Assembly (NCBI GenBank): GCA_052426225.1
Contig: JBNJNM010000011.1
Coordinates: 2,604,001-2,668,000 of the forward strand
DNA length: 64,000 nucleotides
DNA from: Zancudomyces culisetae HAW-14-8
Taxonomy: Eukaryota > Fungi > Kickxellomycota
Direction of reading: 5' to 3'
The position numbers were made by a program, and so were the translations under genes. The notes beneath the pieces are model-generated. The model saw only the letters and a program-made list of their open reading frames with translations, was not told the DNA's origin and made no database searches. Shown here piece by piece: positions 49,252-59,609 of the stretch (positions within the stretch are counted from its first letter, which is position 1; every line of letters starts with the position of its first letter).

Positions 49252-52200
49252 TTAGATCTTCAGTGCTTTTGAAACTGGCTTGGCTGCTCGGGTATTAAAG
49301 CTTGCTGCTTCAAATGCGAGTGAGCTAATATCTGTATATTGAGCTTTTGGTGTTGTTTGACTTGAGTATCCGCCACTGGCATACCCATTATCCGCTCTGT
49401 GAGTGTTATATCCATCTGTAAGTGTGGGTACAGTTAGCTCTGATGATAAATCTTGCTGAGAATCCGTGGCTGGTGATTGAGTTACTGTTGAGGTTAAGAC
49501 TGTAGTTGTGGTGCTAACAGTTGTGATATCTGTGGTGAGGGTAACAAAGGATGTGGTGCATATAACTGATTCTGTTGTAATTGTACTTGTTTCGGTTAGG
49601 ATGTCTGTGAAGCTAATTGAATCAGTAACAACCTGTGTAATGGTACTAATTACTAAAGAGTCTGTGGTCAGTGTAGAGGTCAGTGTAGAGGTTACATCAA
49701 CATATGTGGATGTGGAAACAATGATTCTGCTTGTATTAGTAATTGTTGTTGTGAGGGGACAGTTGGATACAGCTTCTACGGTGGCAGTGGGTAGGTATAT
49801 GGTTGCTTCTGTTGGACCAGTTATGGTAAATGCTGTTGTAATTAGAGTAGCAGTAGCATCAACGATTGTTGTTCTCAATGTAGTTGTTAAAACTGTTTCA
49901 AGTGTATGTGTGGTGGTAATAGTGGATGTCATGGTTATAGGGTTGAATAGTGTGGATTGGAACGTTGATATTGATGTTCCTTGTGTGGTTGTAACCTCTG
50001 TTATTGTTGAAGTAAGCACCGTGGATTCTGTTATAGTCAACACTTCATCGGAGAATCTTATTGTTGTGCTTGAGACAGTGATTTCTGATGTTGATGTGAC
50101 TGTTGCAGGAACAACAGTCACCAGTTGTGTATTTGTAGTTATAACTTCTGTTCTGGTCAAGGTGGTTAAGATAGAGGATGTGACAACAGTTGATTGTGTA
50201 ACAACTGACGTGGCTATCCTTGTGATTACAGTGGACCCCAAAGCTGTTGTTGTATAAGTGAAAGTCTCGGTTACACCTGATTCAACATGTGTCACTAGAG
50301 TTGAGGTGACTAGTACTACAGCTGTGGAGGTCTGGGCGGAGGTGGTTGTTTGTACGCTTGTGTATACTAATGTTGTTGTGTATACATATGGGGTGAATGA
50401 CGTGAGAATGGTTGTTGTTGGGGCGTATTCTGTATGTGTATTATAGATAGTATACATATCTGTAGTTTCTGTTTCATATGTTGTAAACCCAATATACACA
50501 CTTGTGTAAACCGATGTGATTATGGAATCCACTTCTACTACACCAACCGAAGTTGAGAGAACATTTGTAGATAGTGTGGTTACTGTTGTGGAATATGACA
50601 TAATAGTGGTTGGTACTGTTATAGTGGATGTTATTATTGTTGTGCTTGTTGATACAATGAAGGTTTGGATAGTTGTAATTGTAGCAGTCACGCTTGTTTG
50701 GGTAATTATGTATGTTTCACCCGAGGGGATAGTTGTTGGACTTACTATTATTGAGGTGATGCTACCTCCTCCTCCCATAGTATCATAGAGCTGCGATCCG
50801 CCTGATCCTGTTACAATAATGGTGGATGTAACAGTGGTTGTGATATCAACCTCTGCAACAGTGGTCTTAAGATCTGTTAATGTTATATTTGTAGCTACTA
50901 CCACAGTCGTAGTAGTACTGGTCAGTACATCTGAGGGCACAAGCACAGTTGATGTATTATATGATAGACTAGTTGATGTGCTTATGATTGTCTCTTCAGT
51001 AACTGTGTCTACAACAACATATCCGGTTGCAGTTTGAAGCGATTTAGATGTGTACAATGCTAAACCAGTGACAACTGATGTCGTTCCTTCAGAAACAGTA
51101 ATGGTTGTTGTGGTAGTGAGAATTTGTTGTGTAGTAAGAACTGTTGGTTCTGTAAGAACTGTAGTTACATATGAGGTAAGTATGGTTGTTCCTGTAACTA
51201 CAGATGTAGCCGAAAGTGTTATTGTTTGAACCACATCGGTTACTGTCGTAATTGTAGATGTCATAACGGTTGTGTTTGTAGTGGTGATGGTGATTGTTGA
51301 TGTGATTGTGGTTGGTGATGTGATTGTTTCATATGTCTCTGTTGTTATAACTGTTTCTGTTGTTTCTGTTGTTTCTGTATACTCTGTCTCAGATGTTGTT
51401 TCTGTAACTGCTGTTTCAGATTCTACTGTTATCACTGTTGATGTAGATACTGTTATTGTTACTTCGCTTATAGTTACGGTAAATGTTGTAAGAGTTTCAG
51501 AGATTGTATCTGTATAGGTGTTAGTTTCAGTGATTGTTAGTGTTTCGTATGATGTGATTGTTGTTGGTTCTGTCAGAGTAATTGTTGTACCTGAGCTTAC
51601 ATACGTGCTATCGGTAATTACCGAACTAATCGTTGATGTAGAAACGACAGTATTAACCTCCTCTGAGGTTGTTGTAATGGTTATAACCGAGGTTATAGTG
51701 GATACGCTTGTTGATGATACAGTTATGGTTTCTGGAGTGGTATACGTGAATTCTGAAGTTGCTGTTGATACTGTAGTTATAGTGTATGTTACTGTAGATG
51801 TGACGGTGCTGGTAATTTCTGATGATGTGGTTATAGTTGTTGTTGAAGTTAGTACAGTTGGTGTAGTGATTTCAGTGACTGTAACAGAGGTAGAGGAGTT
51901 GGTTATTGTTTGAGTAATAGTTGTGGGTACTGTAACCATAGAAGTTGATGTAACTACCATAGTCACTGTTGATGTGGATACTACTTCTGTTGTGCTTGTG
52001 GTGGTTATAACAGAGGTCAGAACTGTTGATGAAGACACCGTTATGATATTTGAGGATGTAATTACTGTTGAGCCAGTGATAGTGGTTTCTATTGTGTCTG
52101 TTATTGGGGTTACATATGTACGAGTGGTTGTAAAGGTTGATGTAATAGTTGTGGGGTAGTATGAAGATAATGTGAAAGTAACCGTTGATGTCTTCTGTGT

Positions 52201-55200
52201 AGTTGTTACCTCTGTTATTGTTGAAGTGAGTACTGTGGATTCTGTTATAGTCAACACTTCATCGGAGAATCTTATTGTTGTGCTTGAGACAGTGATTTCT
52301 GATGTTGATGTGACTGTTACGGGAACGGTAATAACGCTTGTGGAGGTTGTTTCGTAAGTATATGTACCAGTGCTTGTAGTTACCATTGTTGAAGTTTTTA
52401 TCTTTGAATCTGTAACCGTTAGTAGAACTGAGGTGGTAAACAGTGTAAATTGAGTATTTGTGATGACAGCGGTGGATGTTATAACTGTTGGTGTGGTAAT
52501 AATGGATTCTATGGTTGAAGTGACCACTATTGTTCCAACTAAACTCTCGGTAGTTGTAACCGTTTCTGTGTTTGCAATTGTAACAGTAAAGGTATAGCTA
52601 GATGTAACAAGTGCCGTTGTTGTTAAGGTTACTGGAGTAGTATCAGAAATTGTCTCTGTGTTTGTTACAGTTAGAGTGTATGTCTGTACAATGCTTGTTG
52701 GTCCGGTATATGTTGAGGTGTATGTTGACATGATTGTAGTCTGTGTAGTTTGTGTAATAATAACATTTGAAGCAACCTCTGTGGATGTTGTTGTTGTTAT
52801 CATTGTGGTTGAGGTAACGACAGATGGTATTTTTGTCGTGTAAGTTCCGCTTGTTGCAATTGTTGATAGTGTGGTGGTTGGCAAAATTAAACTGCTGTTT
52901 GTGGTTACTGTCTCTGTGACTGTATATGTCTCACCGACACTAATAGTGGTTGTAATAGTATATGTTGATGTGATACCACCACTTCCTCCGGCAGTATCAT
53001 AGGACTGTGGCCCATTACTTCCAGGCAAAATAATAGTAGTTACGCTGGTTAGTGTTACCGGGACAGTTGCTACGGTTTCTTGAATTTGGGTTATAGTTAC
53101 AATAGTTGGTGATGTAACGCTGCCTGTTATTGTGGAGACAGTCGTGGTTGATGTTGTTATAGTTGAAATGATAGATGTTGGAACTAATGTTGTTTCTACA
53201 TATGAAACAGGGAAGTATGATGTTGTGATCGTTGTAGTGACTGAAGTGATATATACTTCAGATTCAACTGGTGTGGCTCCAGTGACAGTTGAAGTTATAT
53301 TTGAGTAAATTTTTTCAAGTGATTCAGTGGTGGTAAATGTTGTGTAAGTAATAACAGTTGGTTCTGTTACAACTATAGTTTCTAAAGTTGTAAATACGGT
53401 TGTTCCTGTAACTACAGATGTAGCCGAAAGTGTTATTATTCGAACTGTTGCAGTTGTTGTCATAACGGTTGATGTTGCGAGTGATGTGTCTGTAGTGGTC
53501 ATGGTAATGGTTGATGTGATCGTGGTTGAGTTTGTGACTGTTTCATATGTCTCTGTTGTTATAACTGTTTCTGTTGTTTCTGTTGTTTCTGTATACTCTG
53601 TCTCAGATGTTGTTTCTGTAACTGCTGTTTCAGATTCTACTGTTATCACTGTTGATGTAGATACTGTTATTGTTACTTCGCTTATAGTTACGGTAAATGT
53701 TGTAAGAGTTTCAGAGATTGTATCTGTATAGGTGTTAGTTTCAGTTATTGTTAGTGTTTCGTATGATGTGATTGTTGTTGGTTCTGTCAGAGTAATTGTT
53801 GTACCTGAGCTTACATATGTGCTATCGGTAATCACCGAAACACCTGTTGATGTCAAAATAAGAGTATCAACTTCTGTTAGTATGACTTCGGAACTAGTAA
53901 CAGATGTTATAGTGGATACGTTTGTTGATGATACAGTTATGGTTTCTGGGGTGGTATACGTGAATTCTGAAGTTGCTGTTGATACTGTAGTTATAGTGTA
54001 TGTTACTGTAGATGTGACGGTGCTGGTAATTTCTGATGATGTAGTTATAGTTGTTGTTGAAGTTAGTACAGTTGGTGTAGTGATTTCAGTAACTGTAACA
54101 GAGGCAGAGGAGTTGGTTATTGTTTGAGTAATAGTTATAACAGATGTAATCACAGAAGTTGAGATATCCAATGAGGTTGTTGTTACTATGGTTGGTAGCA
54201 GGGTTGTGGTTGTAGAAGTCAGTGTTAGAGTTGCTGTGTTTACTGTGGTTATTGTTGATGTTAAAATGCTTGTAAGTACTGTGGGTCCGGTGATAGAGAG
54301 GTTTGAGGTAACAATTATTGTTGATTGGTATGTGCTTGTGGTGACAAATGTGGACGTAACTGTGGTGGGGTAGTATGAAGTAGAGTTATTGAATATTGTC
54401 GATGTTGATTGTGTGGTTGTAACATATGTTGCTGTTGATGTAATAATCGTGGGTGTTGTTATGGTTGTCACAACATCAGAAACTGTTATTAAGGTGCTCG
54501 AAACGGTTGTTATATTTATTGATGTGGATGTTGTGGGAACAAGAATCACTGTTTCCGTGGATATTGTAACAATCGACGTGACAGTCAATTTTGTAATCAT
54601 AGTCGAAGATACCACTGTTGACTGTGTAACTGTAGAGGTGATTTCTGTTGTAATTACCATAGGTTCTGTAATCGTTTCCAGTATTGATGATGTCACTACA
54701 GTTGGTGTAGTAATAACCGTTGTCAATACGGTAGAATTCAATGACCATCCAGTTGAAGTTTGACCGGATGTAGTTGTTGTAAAGTTATTAATAGTTATTG
54801 TTGTTGTATATACGGATGTTAGGAGTGATGTAAATGTTGTTGTTACTGGGTTGGCCGTATTGATTGTTTGTACATTGGTTATTGTTGTTGTGGTTGTGCT
54901 TATAACCTCGGTCAGTCCTGTATATGTGTACGTATACGCAGATCTAGCTGTCATGTTTATTGTGCCTACTGAAGTTCGAGCAATTACTGTTTCGCCAGGT
55001 ATGAGAACGGATGAATTGACAGTTGTAGAAATGGTAACTGCTGATGGCACAGTTGTTGTTACGATGGTAGTGATTGTTGTCACACTAACAGCTTGTGATA
55101 TTGCGTTTGTGGTTGTGGTACGTGTGGTGGTTAGTACAGTTGTAGTTAAATATGTTGAAGTAATATATTCGTCTGTATTCTTGCTATAATAGCCTGTACC

Positions 55201-57348
55201 ACTACCCGAGTCTGATCCACTGTCTGAATCTGATATTTCAGTTGTGTGTGTAGTTTTTTGGGTAGATTGTGATATTGTTATAGTGGTTAACTCGGTTATG
55301 ACGCTTACTGTAGGCACTGAAATGTTAAATGTTTCACTAGAAACTATTACGATGGGGACTACCATAGTCTCGGCGGTAAATGTCGTAATAACTGTTGGAA
55401 TCAATGTTAGTGATACTCCATTTGTAGACACTACATATTTGTAAGTATCTGTATAAGTTATTTGAGTTGAACTAAGTGAGGTTCCAGTAATTGTTGAAGT
55501 TACCCCGCTGGGGATAGTAGTGGTGGCCACAGTTGTGGTAACAATCTCTGAAGTAAGTGTAGTTGATTCTGTGATAACAGTGCTTGAAAGCGAGGTAAGT
55601 ATAGTTGTACCAGTAGCCACAAGTACTTCCTGTGTTGGTGTTGCTCCATATCCACCAACTATTGCTGTGAATGTTGTTGTATAAGTGGTATATTCAAAAA
55701 CTGGTGACATGTAGTCAGTGGTGAATACTGTTGATGTAGACAGCACTACTACGGTTAGTGAGCTTGCCAATGATGGAGAAGTTACCACAATTGAGCTTGG
55801 AATTTTAACGGTGGTGTTTTCTGTAATGAATGTCACAACTTCTGTTAGAATAGTTGTGGGTTCTAATATCGACAGGGTTATTGTTGAGGATACTAGAGAT
55901 ACGGAGGTAACGGTCAAAGTAGTAGATGTAGTGTATGTATAGTTTGATGTTATTGTTGATGTAATGTCTGATCTTACTGTGGCTGGAGATGAAACCACTG
56001 TGGTTGTTCCATCAATAACAGTGGTGGATTCAGTGAATACAGTTTCGGTCATTGATGTTATTGTTATTGATCTGGTGATAGATGTGAGCAGATCAGATGT
56101 CATAGTGGATGTCATAGTAACTACGGATGAAGATGTTAAAGTTATAACAGTCGGTGTGGTGTATGTTAGGGTTGATGTGTTTACTGTTATGGCAGGTGCA
56201 GTAATATCAGATGTTAGCTCAAAGTAAAACATCATCTGCACTGGTATAATGCTACAGTGCGTTATAGTAATTGTTTCCGCCGACTCAACTGTTGTGGTAA
56301 GTGTAGCTGGGGTGACATTGATTCGTGTATTGGTTATGACTGAGGTGATCACTGTGGTTGATGAGCTTTGTGTACTAGTCAATGAATTAGTTGGAACCTG
56401 GATTGATGAATTATATGGTGAGCTGCTTGAAGAAATGGTTGTTGAAGTTTCTGAGGAGGTATCTGCTGGGCTTTCTGAAGAGGTGTCTGCTGGGCTTTCT
56501 GAAGCACTATCTACTGGACTTTCTGGAACACTATCTGTTGAGCCTTCTGATGCGATACTTGTTGGGTTTACTGAGGTTACACCTGTATCTGAGCTTGCAT
56601 ATGTGCCCGAAGAGTTATAGGCATGTGTATATTGATAGTCTCTCTTGTGCCGCGCTTTTGTATCGCTTTCTTTATCCAAGCATAGACTTGTGTTGCATAT
56701 CTTTCCATTCATAGTACACACACAAATTGTGCAACCATCATTAGAAAAAAGCCCTCTACCATTCGCTTTGAGACACCTTTGATATCTAGTTGCACTGTTT
56801 TTCATTTTTTCGCTGCCATTGGACTCTGCGGCGCTGCCAACAATTGTTGGTACACACACTTTGCCTTGGAAGCTACAGTAGCATCTATTCGTTTTTTCCT
56901 TGTTATAGAACACACCATACCCATTTTTGCTTACACACCCATTAAACAAAACGATCGATTCAGGGTTTATTACGTTGCTGCCGGAGCTAGTATCTTTATC
57001 CTCTTTACTGAGTTTATCACAAACGCTTGTTATAGAGCACACTGCTCCTTCATAGCTACAATAGCATCTTGTACATCCATCATCTGCAACAAATGTACCA
57101 ACTCCATTCTCCTTGACACACTCCGCAAACTCTCTACTGGTTATTTTTTTGGTGTTACCCGCAATTATCTTTGCTTGATCGCCGTTTATTACATTTCCAG
57201 AAGCAATCGCCGCGTCCAATCCTGCCTGAGCAACAATGGTACTAGCTCCGCTTTGCGAACTGCTCTCGCCCACCACAAATGGAAGGCCAGTTAGGCGTAA
57301 AGCTAGGTTGGCTGCTAATAAATACTTTGCTATTTTGAATCCAATCAT
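49252..57348 (-). CDS. Giant secreted Thr-rich adhesin/mucin-like protein with an N-terminal triple pacifastin/VWC-like Cys head
   Basis: Intronless ORF of about 2700 aa; ATG at 57348 gives the signal peptide MIGFKIAKYLLAANLALRLTGLPFVVG; three Cys repeats at 57120-56680; RHKR at 56652-56641; about 2450 aa dominated by T/S/V/I. Confidence 0.88.
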   Translation of the reverse strand: MIGFKIAKYLLAANLALRLTGLPFVVGESSSQSGASTIVAQAGLDAAIASGNVINGDQAKIIAGNTKKITSREFAECVKENGVGTFVADDGCTRCYCSYEGAVCSITSVCDKLSKEDKDTSSGSNVINPESIVLFNGCVSKNGYGVFYNKEKTNRCYCSFQGKVCVPTIVGSAAESNGSEKMKNSATRYQRCLKANGRGLFSNDGCTICVCTMNGKICNTSLCLDKESDTKARHKRDYQYTHAYNSSGTYASSDTGVTSVNPTSIASEGSTDSVPESPVDSASESPADTSSESPADTSSETSTTISSSSSPYNSSIQVPTNSLTSTQSSSTTVITSVITNTRINVTPATLTTTVESAETITITHCSIIPVQMMFYFELTSDITAPAITVNTSTLTYTTPTVITLTSSSVVTMTSTMTSDLLTSITRSITITSMTETVFTESTTVIDGTTTVVSSPATVRSDITSTITSNYTYTTSTTLTVTSVSLVSSTITLSILEPTTILTEVVTFITENTTVKIPSSIVVTSPSLASSLTVVVLSTSTVFTTDYMSPVFEYTTYTTTFTAIVGGYGATPTQEVLVATGTTILTSLSSTVITESTTLTSEIVTTTVATTTIPSGVTSTITGTSLSSTQITYTDTYKYVVSTNGVSLTLIPTVITTFTAETMVVPIVIVSSETFNISVPTVSVITELTTITISQSTQKTTHTTEISDSDSGSDSGSGTGYYSKNTDEYITSTYLTTTVLTTTRTTTTNAISQAVSVTTITTIVTTTVPSAVTISTTVNSSVLIPGETVIARTSVGTINMTARSAYTYTYTGLTEVISTTTTTITNVQTINTANPVTTTFTSLLTSVYTTTITINNFTTTTSGQTSTGWSLNSTVLTTVITTPTVVTSSILETITEPMVITTEITSTVTQSTVVSSTMITKLTVTSIVTISTETVILVPTTSTSINITTVSSTLITVSDVVTTITTPTIITSTATYVTTTQSTSTIFNNSTSYYPTTVTSTFVTTSTYQSTIIVTSNLSITGPTVLTSILTSTITTVNTATLTLTSTTTTLLPTIVTTTSLDISTSVITSVITITQTITNSSASVTVTEITTPTVLTSTTTITTSSEITSTVTSTVTYTITTVSTATSEFTYTTPETITVSSTNVSTITSVTSSEVILTEVDTLILTSTGVSVITDSTYVSSGTTITLTEPTTITSYETLTITETNTYTDTISETLTTFTVTISEVTITVSTSTVITVESETAVTETTSETEYTETTETTETVITTETYETVTNSTTITSTITMTTTDTSLATSTVMTTTATVRIITLSATSVVTGTTVFTTLETIVVTEPTVITYTTFTTTESLEKIYSNITSTVTGATPVESEVYITSVTTTITTSYFPVSYVETTLVPTSIISTITTSTTTVSTITGSVTSPTIVTITQIQETVATVPVTLTSVTTIILPGSNGPQSYDTAGGSGGITSTYTITTTISVGETYTVTETVTTNSSLILPTTTLSTIATSGTYTTKIPSVVTSTTMITTTTSTEVASNVIITQTTQTTIMSTYTSTYTGPTSIVQTYTLTVTNTETISDTTPVTLTTTALVTSSYTFTVTIANTETVTTTESLVGTIVVTSTIESIITTPTVITSTAVITNTQFTLFTTSVLLTVTDSKIKTSTMVTTSTGTYTYETTSTSVITVPVTVTSTSEITVSSTTIRFSDEVLTITESTVLTSTITEVTTTQKTSTVTFTLSSYYPTTITSTFTTTRTYVTPITDTIETTITGSTVITSSNIITVSSSTVLTSVITTTSTTEVVSTSTVTMVVTSTSMVTVPTTITQTITNSSTSVTVTEITTPTVLTSTTTITTSSEITSTVTSTVTYTITTVSTATSEFTYTTPETITVSSTSVSTITSVITITTTSEEVNTVVSTSTISSVITDSTYVSSGTTITLTEPTTITSYETLTITETNTYTDTISETLTTFTVTISEVTITVSTSTVITVESETAVTETTSETEYTETTETTETVITTETYETITSPTTITSTITITTTNTTVMTSTITTVTDVVQTITLSATSVVTGTTILTSYVTTVLTEPTVLTTQQILTTTTTITVSEGTTSVVTGLALYTSKSLQTATGYVVVDTVTEETIISTSTSLSYNTSTVLVPSDVLTSTTTTVVVATNITLTDLKTTVAEVDITTTVTSTIIVTGSGGSQLYDTMGGGGSITSIIVSPTTIPSGETYIITQTSVTATITTIQTFIVSTSTTIITSTITVPTTIMSYSTTVTTLSTNVLSTSVGVVEVDSIITSVYTSVYIGFTTYETETTDMYTIYNTHTEYAPTTTILTSFTPYVYTTTLVYTSVQTTTSAQTSTAVVLVTSTLVTHVESGVTETFTYTTTALGSTVITRIATSVVTQSTVVTSSILTTLTRTEVITTNTQLVTVVPATVTSTSEITVSSTTIRFSDEVLTITESTVLTSTITEVTTTQGTSISTFQSTLFNPITMTSTITTTHTLETVLTTTLRTTIVDATATLITTAFTITGPTEATIYLPTATVEAVSNCPLTTTITNTSRIIVSTSTYVDVTSTLTSTLTTDSLVISTITQVVTDSISFTDILTETSTITTESVICTTSFVTLTTDITTVSTTTTVLTSTVTQSPATDSQQDLSSELTVPTLTDGYNTHRADNGYASGGYSSQTTPKAQYTDISSLAFEAASFNTRAAKPVSKALKI
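49600..56350. repeat. Coding macro-repeat, period 2214 nt (738 aa), about 3 copies
   Basis: Landmarks recur at exactly 2214-nt offsets: tcaacacttc 50037/52251; tatcatag 50781/52995; tagtatgaag 52157/54371; shadow ORFs 51518-51913 vs 53732-54127. Outer boundaries approximate. Confidence 0.88.
56450..56530. repeat. 24-nt coding minisatellite (ESPADTSS)n
   Basis: PESPVDSASESPADTSSESPADTSSETS. Confidence 0.75.
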
Positions 57349-59609
57349 TTCCAAGTTTTTACTTATTCTTGTAATTGGATATAGCAATGGAAGTATTCTT
57401 TATTCTTATTGATATTTCTACTGAAAAAGCAAAAGTGGAGGGAAAATTGACAGTTATAAATATTTTCATATCTCTGTATTGTATATCAGTTTTTTCTTGA
57501 TTACTAAAGTATTACGAGTCAATACTCACTTGAGTATTGTGGAAAAAATGTATGTTTAAAAAATATACTATTTTCATAAATGTATAAATCATATACCCAG
57601 GCTCATGTTAGTACCATAGTTCCCTGAGGACCAGTAAAGACACTATCTTTCTATGAAATACGTTAAGGTTTGTGTGTGTATTAGCTTTTATAACGACGGA
57701 GGCTAAACCCTGAGAAATTTAAAATTATATCCTCAATAACTTTTGAGTCTTTTAGCTCTACTGGCCGCTGTATGACTACTTTACTCGATAGAAAGTGAAC
57801 GAAAATCAGACTTCCTTCTGCATGCAAAAAAAAAGGCAGCAATATTCCAATATTTGAACATGGATTACACTTTTAACTTTAAGGCTTGAGGGTTTTGTAC
57901 ACTTATTTTACACTTATTTTGCACTTTTTTGTGTCGTTTGGTATTGGCGTCTTATGCCACCTACCACTAGTTTTTCTCAGCGTGTTACTGTAGGCTTAAA
58001 GATCTGGATAGCCAGATATATCTGGACCTAACCTCCCTTTTGAGGAGAGAGAATTTTCCATCTCTAAAGATATATCTATAAACCAAAAAATCACAAGAAA
58101 AGGTAGGTTTCCATAACACGTGTCTATGCCTTTTTTTCGGTATCTTGGTACAATGTTTACTTTTAAAAAAGGTATCACTTTCCCACCCTTTCGGTTTGTA
58201 ACGCCGCTTGTTTTCCTAACTTTTAAACTTTTCAAAACACTACATCATTTTTTAACAAACGCGTTCCAGTAACTATATATTCAATATACCCATGTGTATT
58301 GATGCCTCTCATAGCTTACTAGAGGCGGAAAGTTTATGTATTATTATGGACTATCAGAGTCACTATTTTTGCTATAAAATGGGCAGTACTGCAGTCGGGA
58401 CTCTGATTAGCACAGCTAAATAAATGTAAATTTGGTGGATAGTGGATTTCATTTGTATACAATATGTTCTATAAAAACAAACCAAATGACTTTAAGCCTT
58501 CATTTACAACATCTCTGTTTTCATTGTTAGCTTTAGCCTTTGAGATTATATTACTCATTTCGGCAGTGAAATACTCTGTATTAGGAAATTTTTCTCATCA
58601 ACAAACAAACAAACATTTAATAAGAATTTACAAGCCTACAATGTCACACTTCTAACCGGGAAATTAACTTTGTCACGTTCCCAAAAAATTTCTTTTGGGT
58701 CTTGGTAGCAAGAGGCGGTAAATATAGGTCAAACTATGTAGGAAACCCCCGAGTAAGGTCAAAACTCAATGACTTTATAACAGCCAGGTTTGTGTTGGGG
58801 CTTGCGTTTACAAAACTTTGAGTAATTTCTGGAGAGTTCGTGACACAACAAACATTTCGATTATAAGTTGGAATTTATGACCTGAGTATGAAATTTCAAC
58901 ACTCATGTAGCTTATGTGAGCTGTAACATTTATGGTGGTATACATTCGCTGATATAGACAGGTATCTGACTTTTTTTTTGCCTCTTTTTACCATGCTATT
59001 ATCTATATCCACGAAAACGCTTCCAAAGTAAAACCACAGCAGTGGTAAATCAACCCCCCTTTACCAATAAAGAAAGATAATATCAATGTAAAAAATGTAT
59101 AAGCACTTTAACCCTTTAACAGGTAACACAAGCATCTTTTACCAACCCCAAACTATATCATCACCTTCAAGCAAACATAGACGGCTGACTTACACACTAA
59201 GGTATCCCCTAAATACTAAGAGTTGAAGATCTCATATAGACTCAAATTAACCTAAAGGAATTCTGTGGTTGAAAAATGAGAGTATGCACATATATGACTA
59301 TATATGAACACATTTAGCCTCGATGGCATTAAAAAGAGTGATTTGGTTTGTGTAGATACTAACATTTTTGTTGGTTTAAAAAATAACCTTATAACATTTC
59401 TATGACGAGCTAGGCAATGGTAACAACTTTAAAGTAAGTTGAGAAAAGCAAAATTTTGAAAAAAACTATAGTTGGAACACACATGAGTATATAAAATACA
59501 TAGAGCAGCCATAAATCCGTGAGCCATGTAAACACATTCTTCGAACAAAACTATCGCCTATCAGCTGTAAAAAGTCATAAAAACAGTGAAAAATCCTCAA
59601 GTTTAAGTG

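Noticed and set aside
49508-57294. Many Val-rich plus-strand ORFs
   Set aside because: They are antisense shadows of Thr-rich codons in the giant minus-strand gene; useful only for revealing the 2214-nt period.
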